Notes: generated by a model not told the origin, from the sequence alone. Positions 41,896 through 58,050 are shown, counted from the stretch's first letter. The stretch: DNA of 64,000 nucleotides from Eledone cirrhosa (GCA_964016885.1 OZ024740.1:288300001-288364000); one strand, 5' to 3'. Made by a program: numbers and translations.

Positions 41896-42455
41896 TGGAA
41901 GAAATCGGCTGAGTTCAGAACTGGAGAGGGGTAGGCTCCATAAGGTTTTAAATGTCCAAGCATGCCGTGTGCCAGGATGGCGTCCCAACGATACGCTTCC
42001 TTCTTCCTGTGTATATACATAGAAGGGTTGTTCCAAGTTTAATATCCTTCCACTATTCATTATGCGTATGCTTGGAATGGTTGGTTGCCTTTGACACTCA
42101 ACAACCTCCCTTGACAATGATTCTAGTTTGTATTGATTCTGTTTGAGAAAGTTTACTCAAAATTTGTATTCAATTACGATATTTAGTTACAACCTTTTAC
42201 GTTCTGAGTTCAAATTACTCCGAGGTGAACTTTGCCTTTCTTTCTCTAAGATCGATAAGATATAACGTAAAAGAATACAAAAAAAAAACCCACAAACATT
42301 TACGGCTCAAACAAGGTTGTGTGGTTAAGCAGTTCAATTTTCATCCACGTGGTTTCGACTTCAGTTCCAATTGCGTGACACTTTGGGCACGTGACCTCTA
42401 CTACAGACTCGGATTGTGAATGAAATTTAGTTGACGAAAATGTGGAAGCCCGCCG

Positions 42456-42538
<83 letters not shown>

Positions 42539-42544
42539 ATATAT

Positions 42545-43549
42545 AAATCCTTCGAACACACGATATCATGAAGAGCAAAAGACAATCTAAATCAATGAAA
42601 AACATCCTAACACATGCCAAAGTACTGCCAACCACAACAACGAAACCCACAGTAAAAAAATGCGATAGACCCAACTGTGGTATATGCATCAACCTAATAG
42701 AGGGTTCGGAATTATATTTCAAACAAGGACAACGTTTTATAGTAAAACAGAATTTCACATGCGCATCAGAAAACCTAATATATGTATTAACTTGCTCAGG
42801 TTGTCGAGAACAATACATAGGCCAGACTAAAAACACCCTCCGCCAACGCATGACTGTCCGTAGATCCCAAATCAAAATACGGGAATACAGAAAAATAGCA
42901 CTGAGTGAACACATTGATACCTGTGCCGCCCAAAATCATCCCAACTTTAGAATTTTTCCCCTGTACAAATTTAAAGATAATGCCACCCACACCCAGCGCA
43001 TCAGCAAGGAATCTCACTTTATTAACAAATACGGACCCCCGTCTAAACACTTCTCCCTAAGACGAACCCACAACATACAAACGTTGACATACATACCTAC
43101 ATCAGCATACATCCTACATACATTTATACCCACATATAAACACAATGACATACGTAAACACACATGTTCTATGATGCAACACAAATATACACAAATTTGC
43201 ATACCTTTTGATGTTTATAGATATATACACGTGCCGACACGCACACATACACACGCGCATACATGTATTGCACATTGATGGGTGCATACATATTTGTACA
43301 CAAGTATCCCATACGGCAGGGCCCAATGGATTCCTCTTGCAGTACGTACAATCTGGACTCTCACACGCCTTGTTGTTATGACGATACTATACATGATTTC
43401 ACCTCTTTTGTTATTGATGTTATTGATGTTCTTTTGGGAGAATCGTTTTTGCAAATGACTGAAAATATCGAATAATGTACGCCATTTTTACCAGTACCAC
43501 AAAAATACTGGTCCATCCACACACACGCGCACACTAACATACAGACAGG

Positions 43550-43598
<49 letters not shown>

Positions 43599-44250
43599 CT
43601 CCGTATATGACAAGAGCTGAAAAATATGTTTCAACATGTTAAAATACCCCCCCCTCACACACACACACACACACAAACAAACGTACACACACACATTCCT
43701 ACTGACCGATTCATTTCCATTATCACAACAATGAACCACTTTGCTACACACACACACACACACACATATTTGTCTTAATAGACACCTTAACTGTTGACCT
43801 CTCAACATGACTGCAACTCAATCAAGCGGAAAAGGACACTCTTCGACAAACCTACATTTGGCGCGAAACCTACTCGCGCTAAAATCAATTTAAACATTCA
43901 CGTGACTTCTACCGACCAATCAAAATCGTTCTTACTACAAAAAGTTTTGCAACAAGAATTGGCGCGAAATTTATAGTGACATGCAACAACCAACCAAATC
44001 TTAATACCTTCCAAGCCACTTTTTTCACATAAAACAGTAAGAATTTCCCAAACTGATCAGATTAGAGCAAAAATCACGAGCACTCTATCTCAAATTATTT
44101 TTGAAAAGCATAAGAAATGCGCAACCGGTAAAAACTTAAAACCAAAACTGAATACTAACTAATACTTATTACTAATTTATACTTATTCCTAATTAAACTA
44201 TTTTTCACTGGGAAAAATTTGTCAGCATTTTCTTTTCCTTTTTACTAATA
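42545..44250 (+). mobile_element. 5'-truncated Penelope-like element (Neptune-like GIY-YIG C-terminus, 3' UTR, pLTR with HHR variant) in (TA)n
   Basis: ORF 42568 has the CDRPNCGIC linker, NLIYVLTCSGCREQYIGQT..LRQRM..LSEH..RISKESHFI. Sense-strand HHR variant at 44098-44133. Confidence 0.85.
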
Positions 44251-44262
44251 TATATATATATA

Positions 44263-44458
44263 TAAAACCACAGACCCTCCATCTTAACTCTACTTTTCAA
44301 AAGCAGAAGAACTGCGAAACCGGTAAAGGAACCAAATAAATATATATATATATTTTTAAATAGGACTCCAGTTGAATTTTCGATTTCATCTTTTTTTCTT
44401 TATACTTTCACTCGTGTAGGACACTTCGGTTATTTTTCATTTTGTAAAAAAACCTCAC

Positions 44459-44467
<9 letters not shown>
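44263..44467 (+). mobile_element. PLE-end-like element, same family as 21015-21225, with a mutated HHR core
   Basis: ctt-TTCAAAA-gcag aagaa ctgc-GAAA-ccgg-TA-aag, flanked by (TA)n. Confidence 0.75.
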
Positions 44468-44542
<75 letters not shown>

Positions 44543-44577
44543 GTGTGTGTGTGTGTGTGTGTGTATGTGTGTGTGTA

Positions 44578-44648
<71 letters not shown>

Positions 44649-44886
44649 ATAGGAATCTTATAATGTAGGAATCCTATAATGAAACGAGACGTCCATCTGG
44701 GAAGAGATATATTATTTCATATGAAATAATAGAGCCAATTTTCCACGCAATACTTTTAGTTAGCACCCCGAACGCATAATTGGGAATATAATCACTTATT
44801 TCCTAATGTTTGTTGAGTGAGTTGGAATTTGGCCGGAGTATCGCTAAAAAGCTTTCTCCGATATTGTATTTATTATATATATATAT

Positions 44887-45121
44887 ATAGTAATAATAAT
44901 AAATTTGAAGACTAAAATCCAAAGAGGGCTCATTTTTTCCCGTTCTTAGCCAGCGAACGTTTCCACGAACCAAAGTATCGTCTTCCTGTCTTCCTCCGGT
45001 TGCAACGTTTTTTGAAATATCCAGTTCTGCGTTTACAGATTGACTTTGTTAGTTTCAGAATATCCCGTTAAGGGTGAAAGCAGCGATTCTTTGCTTAAAC
45101 TTTAATCTGTTATTTTAATAA

Positions 45122-45123
<2 letters not shown>
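44887..45123. mobile_element. Inverted-tail plus sense copy of the 21831-22282 family
   Basis: 44887-44931 equals 21831-21875 (inverted 3' tail). 44932-45123 is the sense body with an HHR-like motif at 45051-45101. Confidence 0.8.
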
Positions 45124-45176
<53 letters not shown>

Positions 45177-45186
45177 TATACACACA

Positions 45187-45271
<85 letters not shown>

Positions 45272-45438
45272 AGAAGTGCACTAAGCAGCCGAAGTGTACG
45301 ATAAAATTATATATGTATATATACAGTGTGGGTAACCGAGACTGCGGCAATGTGTGTATAAATACATACATTTTTGATATCTAAATATGTGAACATGCCA
45401 GAACATACGAATTTCTTTATAAATTGAAAAAATGGTAA

Positions 45439-45487
45439 ACACCTTTAATCGATTTTCGGACCTAATTGGATCCTCGTCAGAAGGCGT
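45439..45487 (-). ncRNA. Type I minimal hammerhead ribozyme, canonical core
   Basis: acgcctt-CTGACGA-ggatc caatta ggtcc-GAAA-atcgat-TA-aaggtgt. The element continues to (TA)n at ~45268. Confidence 0.92.
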
Positions 45488-45502
45488 GTATATCATCTAA
45501 AC

Positions 45503-45811
45503 CAGGGGTTCTCAACCTTTTTTTCGCTGTGGACCACCAAAATAAGTATTTTTTTCCTGTGGACCACCTAAACTTTTAAATCTTTTGTAATAGAACTGCT
45601 AGAGACATTCTAACCACATGCCCATAGTATCAGAGCTGTCAACTCGAAATTTTCAAATATAATGGACATGTGTGTAATTAAACAAAATATTATATTAGTT
45701 ACATTTTTGTGAAATGGCTACAATTTTTTTATGGCTACGAATTCTCTGTGGACCACTATAAATGCTATGTGGACCACCGGTGGTCCACCTGGACCACGTT
45801 GAGAATCACTG
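45503..45811. mobile_element. hAT-type MITE
   Basis: TIR caggggttctcaac / gttgagaatcactg. Confidence 0.8.
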
Positions 45812-46967
45812 GTTGTTTAGATTCTAAACAACCATAAGGAAAAAAAATATATATAATATCAAGGTCGAAGACTGGCAAGTGCATAGGAATCTGCGGGGAG
45901 GGGGGATTTGTGTTGCGGAAAATCTTTAATTTTATAAATTTGTAGTTAAATACAAGTTAGATTAAATTCCTATTTTGGTCCTAGGCTAGAACTATTTTCT
46001 TTATTTTTTTACTTTAGTTTTCAAGATTTCGTCAGTAGATGGTTTCAAATGTTATTGCTTGAAAAAATTTCCCCAGCAGGCGGGGATCCTCCCACCCTTG
46101 TTCTACACCATTCTTCACCCTTAAAATCTACCGTAAGCACCCCTATCTCACCAGTCTGAAAGGCAAAATGTTATCTATCTATAAAGTGCAGATTACTCAG
46201 CTAGTCAAACCCAAGCAAAATATAAATAGTATCATTTCAATTGTGTCGTTTCAGTTATATGTTTATTTTGTACATTTAAATATAAATCGTCTGGGAAGAA
46301 GCGAGATTCCGGATTGTAATTATCGTTCATACTCTTCATCTGTTAAGAAGAAGCTCTCCCACGTCCGTCACGCAAGCTGGGAACTAATGGGGTACATACG
46401 TAAACACAATGTAATCACTTTGTTCCTCTGTTCAGTCGGGTGTCTTATTTTACCCTAGGTCATCAGATGAAACGTAAGGCCTGTATTGCTACTATCAGTT
46501 ATCGTATTTCATCTCAAGACAAATTCTAAATATTTTGTCTGTGTATAGGGTAGATAAATTTGTTTTTCAATCCAATTCATAAAGCCAGTTAAATGTCTGG
46601 TTTCATGCAGTTTACCGCCTAGCATTTATATTTTAATAACCAACGGTTCTCCTGTATATCTTCATTTTATTTTTTAATTCAACTATGACCTAGCATCATC
46701 ACCATCATATACACACTTCAGATGTCTAATACACAATAAATCCCATTTTGCTTTATATTTCATAGGGTTTTAGTTATTCTACTGTATCTAAGTTGTTTAT
46801 CAGTTTCCTTTTAAAAAGAAATGTTCTGGAAGACCGCTTATGCTAACTCTCTTTCAGCTTGTGTATTGTGTTTTTCTATGATAGTTGACAGCAGATTAAA
46901 AATATCTAATTAGTGAAAAGAGATTCTATAACAGCTCCATAGAAACAACACAAGGAACTAATAAAAT

Positions 46968-47002
46968 TCATCATCATCATCATCGTCACCATTATCCCCA
47001 TC

Positions 47003-47051
<49 letters not shown>

Positions 47052-47325
47052 CCATCACCATCAACACCATCACCATCACCATCACCATCACCATCAACAC
47101 CATCACCATCATCATCACCAACATCACCATCAGCATCAACACCACCATCACCATTACCATCAACACCATCAACACCATCACCATCACCATCACCATCATC
47201 ACCATCATCATCACCACCATCACCATCACCATCACCATCACCATCATCATCATCATCATCACCACCATCACCATCAACACCATCACCATCACCATCATCA
47301 TCACCACCCCCATCGTCATCGTCGT
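46968..47325. repeat. (CAT/CAC)n array
   Basis: Direct reading. Confidence 0.95.
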
Positions 47326-48087
47326 CGTTGCTATTAATACATTGTGTATTTAAGTCAGTGTAAGTTCTTTGGCATTGGAACCCATGTTAATGAGAGGACA
47401 TGATCCGGAACTAATCTATCACTATATCCAACGCTACTAGCTTTCGTTTTCTACACAATTTACAATAAATAAATTTCCAAACACCTACCAAAAGGACATT
47501 TATCTATATTTTTACTTTATATTCGAATTGGTGTTATTTTTTATAGGTTTCCAAAGGTCGAGTCTCTGGTTAACTGCATTCCTGATGATAAAAATTGCAA
47601 GGGAGTGTCTGTATCTCGGTGCAAAAGTAAAGGACTACATTCGAAGAACGCCAATAGTAAAGGACTACATTCGATAGTAAAGGACTACATTCGAAGAACA
47701 CCGCTTTTTAGGGTCTCTCACTCATATTTACATCTTTTAACACACACGGCGAAAGCACATACACACATATATATTAATATAACAGTAACTTCTACTTAGT
47801 ACTACTACCTCTAAGATATAGAGAACTCAATACAAGTTAATCGTAGAATAATAATTTATTGTGGTATTTAGAAAGTTCGATGCTTCACACTGACTGGTAG
47901 TTTCATTCAGAGCGGAAATCTTCGAATTCATGTGACTGTAAAGATATGGAGATATTTCCTTCCTTCTTATCCCATCCTCATATCAGAGGGTCGGATGTCA
48001 TGGACTTATGGATCAGCACTCCCAATCATTTCCTGTCTCTTACCATTGCCGTATATTCCGCCAAACTTAATATATGGAGATATATAA

Positions 48088-48273
48088 TTGTCTCTACTTT
48101 AGGCACAAGGCCAGCAAATACCCAGTGCATTATTGGTACTTTATTTTATCGACCCCGTAAGGATGAAAGGCAAAGTCAACCTCGGCGGGATTTGAACTCA
48201 GATCGTAAAGGGACGTAACTATGCTGGAAAGCATGGCGTCCGACCCTCTACCGATACTGCCAATCCACCGCCC
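48088..48273 (-). mobile_element. Full-length SINE with TSD
   Basis: TSD atatatggagatatataat on both sides. Confidence 0.92.
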
Positions 48274-48602
48274 TTATATATGGAGATATATAATGTTTAA
48301 TGATGATGTTTTATGTTAACGTGAGGGATCATCCGAATTTGTGAGGCCTAACATTTATAACGACACAATATAGTACTACATAGTACTCTATTTGTCACCA
48401 CAGATTATATGTAAATTGATTTGCTATTTAATGTTCCTGGATTTGGTATATGACGGTTTATGTGTGTAACAGCAGCACCGTCTCATATATGTGAAAATAA
48501 TCCCAATGCGGGGTTCAGATAAGCGTTTTTTAGAGAGTCAACAATACAAAGGAGCTGAAGTATATCCTGGTTCTAAAATGGTACCCCATTCACTATGATG
48601 CG

Positions 48603-48687
<85 letters not shown>

Positions 48688-48688
<1 letters not shown>

Positions 48689-48902
48689 GTCAAAGTTCTT
48701 TCGTCACACATTCTGTGACCTCTTCAGTGACTGGGGATTCCTTTCTTTGTTTTTGTGCCTCTCCTTTGTTCTGTCCTACGCCATCTTGTTTCACACAGAA
48801 ACGAGATGGCGTAGGACAGAACAAAGGAGAGGCACAAAAACAAAGAAAGGAATCCCCAGTCACTGAAGAGGTCACAGAATGTGTGACGAAAGAACTTTGA
48901 CA
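48688..48902. mobile_element. Near-perfect fold-back element (105-bp arms, 5-nt loop) next to (TA)n
   Basis: 48688-48792 is the reverse complement of 48798-48902. Confidence 0.9.
48859..48901 (+). ncRNA. Type I minimal hammerhead ribozyme, canonical core
   Basis: gtca-CTGAAGA-g gtcaca gaatg tgtgac-GAAA-gaac-TT-tgac. Mirror at 48689-48731. Confidence 0.8.
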
Positions 48903-49122
48903 ATATATAAACAACCATGTGGTTGTGGAACCAACCAACCAACCGGAAATTTATAAATTCCTAAATTTATAAATTTATTATAATAAATTGAAGTAAAAGC
49001 AACTGGTGCGTGTGTTCCTTATTGGCAACATGACCCTCCCAAAGTATAACAATATTGGTTTCAACACACGTTTTCAGATAAAGAATCTTGCTAAACAAAT
49101 TCAGAAACGAAATATATATATA

Positions 49123-49463
49123 TGTATCACACAAAAAAGAGAATCAGTGTTGCGACGAATGGAATTTATTGGACATATTACAATCGCTTCTCTGGCGACC
49201 AGCTCGAGGAAAATCCTAATTAGGAAAATCTGCTTCGTAGAATCAAAACGTATCTGAGGACCTTGCGATTTTCAGAGTCAGGTTCGATCATCACATCGAT
49301 TGTGCCTCGAGCTGGTCGCCAGAGAAACGATTGAAATATGTCCAATAAATTCCATTCGTCGCAACACTGATTCTCTTTTTTTTGTGATATCATACTCTGC
49401 TCTATGAGAGAATCGAGTGCTCAAACGGCCTACCGCATACGGACGCTTTAAGCATCTAACACC

Positions 49464-49465
<2 letters not shown>
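49123..49465. mobile_element. Inverted PLE-end pair with an enlarged-stem-II hammerhead (49248-49341)
   Basis: Arms 49123-49208 and 49304-49391. acgtat-CTGAGGA-(63 nt)-GAAA-cgattg-(T/A)A-atatgt followed by AATAAA. Confidence 0.65.
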
Positions 49466-49505
<40 letters not shown>

Positions 49506-49847
49506 GGAACGAGAAACTCCAAGTCTTCATTAAGACATCTCTCTAGGAGAAGGTCACTCTGGTATAAAACCTGCTACATCGTTTGCATCTAATGATGTAG
49601 ACCAGTTCTTCTTTTTGGTGAAATGCATTCGATGTTCAGAGAGTGGGATTGGCTCCTTGCAAAGCCTTTCCTCACTTAAAAAAGCTTCAAGCACATGCAT
49701 CGCTTGATAGGCAATACCATGCGATGCATGGTATTGCTGGCCATAGGCAAATCCTTAGCAGGACTAAAAAGCCGTGTCCGTGATGCTCTTGCTTAAGTAT
49801 CAAGAGATGGCATTACTTGAAATCGAGTTGCAGCCATCATATATATA

Positions 49848-52302
<2,455 letters not shown>

Positions 52303-53297
52303 TATTATTAGTGAATAGAATCGACTGAAGTTGACGAACTTTTCAAAAGCCTGAGGTTCCTGGGAAATTCAGTTAAATGGAAGGGTTCTTTGGTAATGAA
52401 AAAGATCTTGTTCTCGTTCTTCATTAACATGGATTTTAATCCAAAACAACCTATTCAGGGACATTAAGTAGGGTTTTAATGCATTATTTGTTTTGATGAT
52501 TTTATCAATTCCCGAAGGTGTTTCCATGGAACTGCTGCAGTTTCTCTTTTCGTTAATTACATGTCTTAAATTGGCTGCCAACTATCATACAGCAGCTGAA
52601 AGACAGTTGGTATAAACTGCCTTCTAGGATATTCCGTTTTAAAAGGAAAATAAGAAACCACTATGATACAAAAGAATAACAAATTGCATATGATATAATG
52701 TATATATGATGTATATATGATGTAAAATGGAATTTATTGCATATTAAACTGTTGAAGTGCGTTGGAGGAGACGAGAAGATGATATCTAACTAAAAGGAAA
52801 GAAGTCTTTCAAGAGAAACACCTGTTACTGAAACATACATGTTTGTGGGAAGCTACATTGCAGGAATCCAGGCAATTAACTGACTTAAAAAGGAATATGG
52901 CGGACAATATTTCGGTTCATATATCCCATCTTACCGAAAGATAGAACACAGCATTGTATACACTTCACTATACGAAGGAGTTTCGTCATATTTATGCATG
53001 TTGTTTAGCCTTAAATTAATTTTGATCGAACAGACTTATGATCAATACATTCCAGCCGTGATAATTCCGTCTTACTAGGGATATCTAGAACAACAACGCA
53101 GGGATCTGAAGAGGGAGATTTGGCTGTTATTTCTAATAAGTCAAAAGACCACATACAGACCTACCGCCTCTTCTTGAATACAAGCCGAGGAATGTGTGAC
53201 TATCCCCCCCCCCCCACACACACACACACCACCACCGCCACCACCACCACCACACACACACACAAATATTTTCACCAATATCAAATTCTACGTAAAT

Positions 53298-53485
53298 AAT
53301 TGTTTCTACATTTGGCACAAGGCCAGTAATTACCCAGTGCATTACTGGTACTTTATTTTATCGACCCCGTAAGGATGAAAGGCAAAGTTAACCTCGGCGG
53401 GATTTGAACTCAGAATGGAAAGGGCCGTAACTCTATGCGTCAAAGCATGACGTCCGACCCTCTACCGATACTGCCAATCCACCGC
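53298..53485 (-). mobile_element. Full-length SINE with TSD cgtaaataat
   Basis: Dominant family. Confidence 0.9.
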
Positions 53486-53719
53486 GTAAATAATGTTTGG
53501 ATTTTTACCCACTTCTCAGACATAAAATAGAGAGGTCGACTTATATTTGTATCGGCTTATATTCGAATATATATGGTAAGTCCCTTATGGGGTCGTTTAA
53601 TTTGTGTTCACTAAAACCTTCTGCGATTGATGATAGACCTCACTGTAATATTACCTAGATGTGCTCTCTTTGTCAGTAGCTGATTCATCAGCTTTTTGAT
53701 GGAGCTCTAGAAGATGGCT

Positions 53720-53960
53720 GAGTGATGGGACAGACCTCTCATCTGAATGTGCAACATAGCTGAGTCTATTTTAGGGTACATCCATTTACTCCAATGACGT
53801 ACGTTGGTGCCCTTTATATTCACCAGACAAAAGTAACAGTCATCACGTGGTTTTTCTGTTCTCTCCATATCATTGGTATACCAAATTTCAGGCACTCCCT
53901 TTTCCATTGGTCCATTGCCACAGATTCTCCATACACATTTTCCTATGTGACAAAAATAGG
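53720..53960 (-). mobile_element. DNA transposase N-terminal relic (possibly Chapaev-3-like)
   Basis: VPEIW..PRDDCYFCLVNIKG..WMYPKIDSA resembles the PMVWREP..DDCYFC motif. Family assignment is from memory. Confidence 0.5.
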
Positions 53961-54141
53961 AGATAATTTCAGGGAAGGTATATGAGAGAAACTTTAAGGT
54001 TAGAAGAAAAGAGAAAAATCCGAAGAAATTTACATTTAAATCCAAAGTAACGTAAAACTGAAAATAGGAATTATCGACATTGCATATAGATGAAGTTTTG
54101 TATTCCGGCCAATATATGTTACCTTAAACATTCTAATCAAT

Positions 54142-54224
54142 ATACAGGGTGTTCCAAAAAATGTCTACACACTTCAACAGCATTCTAATAAATATGCGTA
54201 TACATTTTTGTGGGGACATCCTGT
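54142..54224. mobile_element. Small Tc1/mariner-like MITE
   Basis: tacagggtgttccaaaaaatgt ... acatttttgtggggacatcctgta. Confidence 0.65.
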
Positions 54225-54464
54225 ATGTCATTCAATATATTTTAGTCGACATAATTTATTGACCGTAATTTAAGCAACATATCCTAGCGATCATACTTTA
54301 ACGTAACTAAATTTCAGTCAATATGTTTTACTAATTAAATGTGTTATATGAAAATATAAATATCATATACAGTTTTCTTTGTGTGGACTTATATACATAC
54401 ATATATATATATAGCTATATATCTGTGTGCGTGTGTGTGTGTGTGTGTGTGTATGTGTGTGTAT

Positions 54465-54550
<86 letters not shown>

Positions 54551-54756
54551 TGGATTTTCTCAACTGCCGTTGTAATCAGCCACTAGGTGAAACTTGTATT
54601 GCAAGTAACTGTCACTTATTGATATAAAATAAAATAAACTATCCCCACCCCACCCTATATCTAGAAGTCTGTGTATCAGATGATTTTTGCAATCTGTAAC
54701 ACGTATACCAGTATATGTCCTGCAACACTGCAATATATGATATATATATATATACA

Positions 54757-57700
54757 ATGATATTTAATAAATGGAAACTATATTTATAAAACCATATTTA
54801 TTCTATTATATATATTTCAAGGGTACCAAAACTTTGGTACGCTTTCATTAGATAAAATAAAATACAAAGTTTGTTTTATAAATGTTGACATAACCAACAA
54901 AAGATACCTTAACGGTTCAAGTTTTTCTTGGATAGTGAAGGAAAGAAGGGAAAAGAGAAGAAAAGTCAGATATTTCAAATTATTAAGATGAGTATGCAAA
55001 TGAGTTTGAGGTATAGGGCTGAAAAACGTTATTTTAGACGCTATGCAGAATTTAAATAATTAGGATATATGTATGTATGAGTAGGAAGAAGAAGAAAAAA
55101 AGAAAGAATAGTTAATTTAAAAGGAATTAACAATTTGCGGGAATGGTGGAATATGATTCCAGAATTTAAATTTATTTAGCTATATTATGAGTTATAATAT
55201 TGTATATATAATCAATTAGATTATATGAAGAATTATGGTTGTAAGTAGATTTTATCTTATTACATTACAATAGGTTGTAAGTATATAAATATCTATATAG
55301 ATTAATAATTGTGCATTTATAAGTATTATAGAAGTAGAAAATATGAATTACGAAGGTTGTTGATTCTGCATTTTACATTAAAAAACACTTAGTTCAATTT
55401 GTAAGAGGAGAACAATTTGTAGATTCAAATATTTTGTTCCAGCATTGAAAATGTTTTCAGAATATTGTTAATTTAGCGAAGTTTATCATACATATTATAT
55501 TATAATATAATGTTTATGTTTGCACGATTGAAAAGGGAAAGATAACTCCAAATTTGATGAATGATTTACTCAGAAAATATATAGAGAAAATTATATATTA
55601 TTTTGTGTGAGATTAATTTCAATTATATATTATTTTAGTCGAAAGATGTGTGAAAGTTTGAAGATCAAAAGAAGAGGAAAAAAGTAATGTGCATTTCGAA
55701 GAACTATCGTAAAGAGGATAAACTTTCAGAATGTCAATTAAAGATTATCAATCTACATCTAAAAAATATATATTTAGAGGGGTATCATTAGGAAAATAAT
55801 GTCAAAAGGTAAAAATAGTAAAAAAAATATATTGAAAAATTAATGTCCAATGGTAAAAATAGTAGAAATATTAAAAATTAAGAAGGAAGATCATTTAAAA
55901 AATTTAGATTTAAATTTTTAAAGAAAATAGGATCATTTTGAAGGTGTATAAGATATAGTCAAGTGTAATGAATATCATAAATTAAAAATACTTCTGAAAG
56001 TGGAATTTTGGCGATGTCTGCAAGTAGAAAATAATTCTGTTTTAAGATTAATAGAATTTTGACAGTTAATTATATAAAAAGTTTCTTCGATACACAAGTT
56101 ACAGAATCTTGAGAAAGCCATATTTCGGTAGGCAGGTACTTTCGAAATCGTTCCCCAAGATATTGAATAGTCTATATTGTTGTCTTTTAAGTTCCAAATT
56201 AAATGAGAAAGTGAAGTGGAAGATTTTTTATCGGATCTATTAAATGTGTGTTTATGGTTATACCAGCGTTCTTTGAATTTTGTAGAAGTGGTACCAATAT
56301 AGTTAAATACTTTGTCTCTAGTTTTAACTGTGCATTTATAAATTACGTTTTTGTCTAAGCAATTATTTTGTAAAGGACAGTTTGATTTAATTCTACAGTT
56401 ACATTTTCTGGAGTTATTGTTGTTCGGAACGGTACCATTATTCTGAATATTGTTGTTAGAAATATTATTATTGCTATCTTGGTTAGTTTGGTTAGGGTTT
56501 AAATTTAAGTTTCTATTATTAATTCTATTTATATTTTGTGCTATGTTCATAGTAGTAGAGTAGGATAGTTTTATAGTGTGTCTGTTAAAAATAGAGTGGC
56601 ATCTATGGGCTTTAGGAAAACATTTATCTAGTGCTTTAAAAAATAGCATTGCTAAAGGTGTTTTAATGCTTAATGAGAATGGAGGAGAGTACCAAATAAT
56701 ATTTCTAGTTCCAGCTTTTGTTTGGTTTAATGTTTAAGTTAAATTGTTTATTATTATTATAATTAATTCTAGGATGATTTGTCATGTTATTGTTATCTAT
56801 GTATTTAATTTTATTCGAGTATCCTGCTCTATGTAAAGCTTCATTGTAATATTCTGCTTTATCATAAAAAATATTTTAATTAGCAGAGATGCGTGAAATC
56901 CGTTGTTGGACGCTATTGACAATGATGTTTTTAATATTTCTAGGATGATTAGAATTGAAACTTACGTAATTTAGATTTTCATTAATTTTATGGAATGAAT
57001 AGTAAAGACCTGTGCTAAGAAGTTAACGATTTTATAATTATTCTCGATTTCTAAATTAAGGTTGTAGTTATTGAAAAATTGTATTATGGATTTCCTTTTC
57101 CTATTAATTTCACTATTGCTATGGTTTTCGATTAAAAGTAACATATCGTCGCGATATAAACCTCCGGTCATCTCTGGAATTTTCCTATGCAGTACATTAT
57201 TAATAAATAATCCAACAAAGTCCGTTACTTGCGCCGAGTCAGATGATCCCATAGTGATATCAAAATTGATTTTTCTGTCGGCTCTTGTCCAGAGATGATT
57301 ATTAAATTCTATTAGTGTTTTACGTGCTGTTAGAATTATATTCATTTCTTCACTAGATAGGTCTGTATGTTTAAACGCGTAGATAAGTGCCTTATTAAGT
57401 AAACTAGGGGTAATAGAGGAGTAGTAATTTGCAATATCCATTTGAATTAATTTTTTGTTATGTTTTAATTTTATGTTATTAAACCAATCTATAACTTCAT
57501 TAGTACCGTTCCATAGTTTAAGGTGTGATTTTTCTTTAAGTAGTGGTATAATTCTATCTAGTATATGCTTGCTAATTATGCCTAAGTCAGATTTAGATGG
57601 TGCGATGAGTCTGACTGGTAGTTCAATTTCAAAATTTCTTTTGTGGTCCTTCAGGTTAATCTTCGGTTTTCTGGGTATAAAGGGTTCGGTCCTATTTTGG

Positions 57701-58050
57701 ATACCTAATTTATAGATAATTTCTGAAGCTTCCCTATTTAACGTTGTTTTGCAATCAGTTATAGTTTAAAGCGGTCAACATTAAAGGAGCTATTTATAAG
57801 CAAAAGGGATATTCAATTTGTTGGTAATTCAACAAATATAAATATTTATAATTGATTCAGAGCACTCGACAAGTTTTCTGGACTATAATATTCAATAATA
57901 TTTAATAAATGGAAAGTATATATATAAAACCATATTTATTCTATTATATATATTTCAAGGGTACCAAAACTTTGGTAAGCTTTCATCAGATAAAATACAA
58001 AGTTTGTTTTATAAATTTTGACATAACCAAGAAAAGATACCTTAACGGTT
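54757..58050 (-). mobile_element. Naiad-type Penelope-like retroelement, 5'-truncated, partial tandem pLTRs, disrupted RT + GIY-YIG ORF
   Basis: Hand translation from ~57745 gives INLKDHKRNF..RLIAPSKSDLGIISKHILD..VIDWFNNI..QMDIANYYSSI..FDITMGSSDSAQV..GLYRDD. ORF 56649-55975 has CNCR..CPL..CL..NVIYKC..YIGTT..FKERWYNH..CNLCIEE..CRH. Direct repeats at 54757-54916 and 57896-58050. Confidence 0.92.
57939..57995 (-). ncRNA. Type I hammerhead ribozyme in the Naiad pLTR
   Basis: ttttat-CTGATGA-aag..taccaaa gt tttggta..ctt-GAAA-tatata-TA-atagaa. The other pLTR (54801-54857) has CTAATGA. Confidence 0.88.

Noticed and set aside
48690-48938. Near-identical ORFs on both strands (also 21974-22230)
   Set aside because: A consequence of the palindromes, not of coding function.
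52369-52581. Non-repetitive 70-aa ORF (likewise 17387-17602)
   Set aside because: No recognisable homology or exon boundaries.
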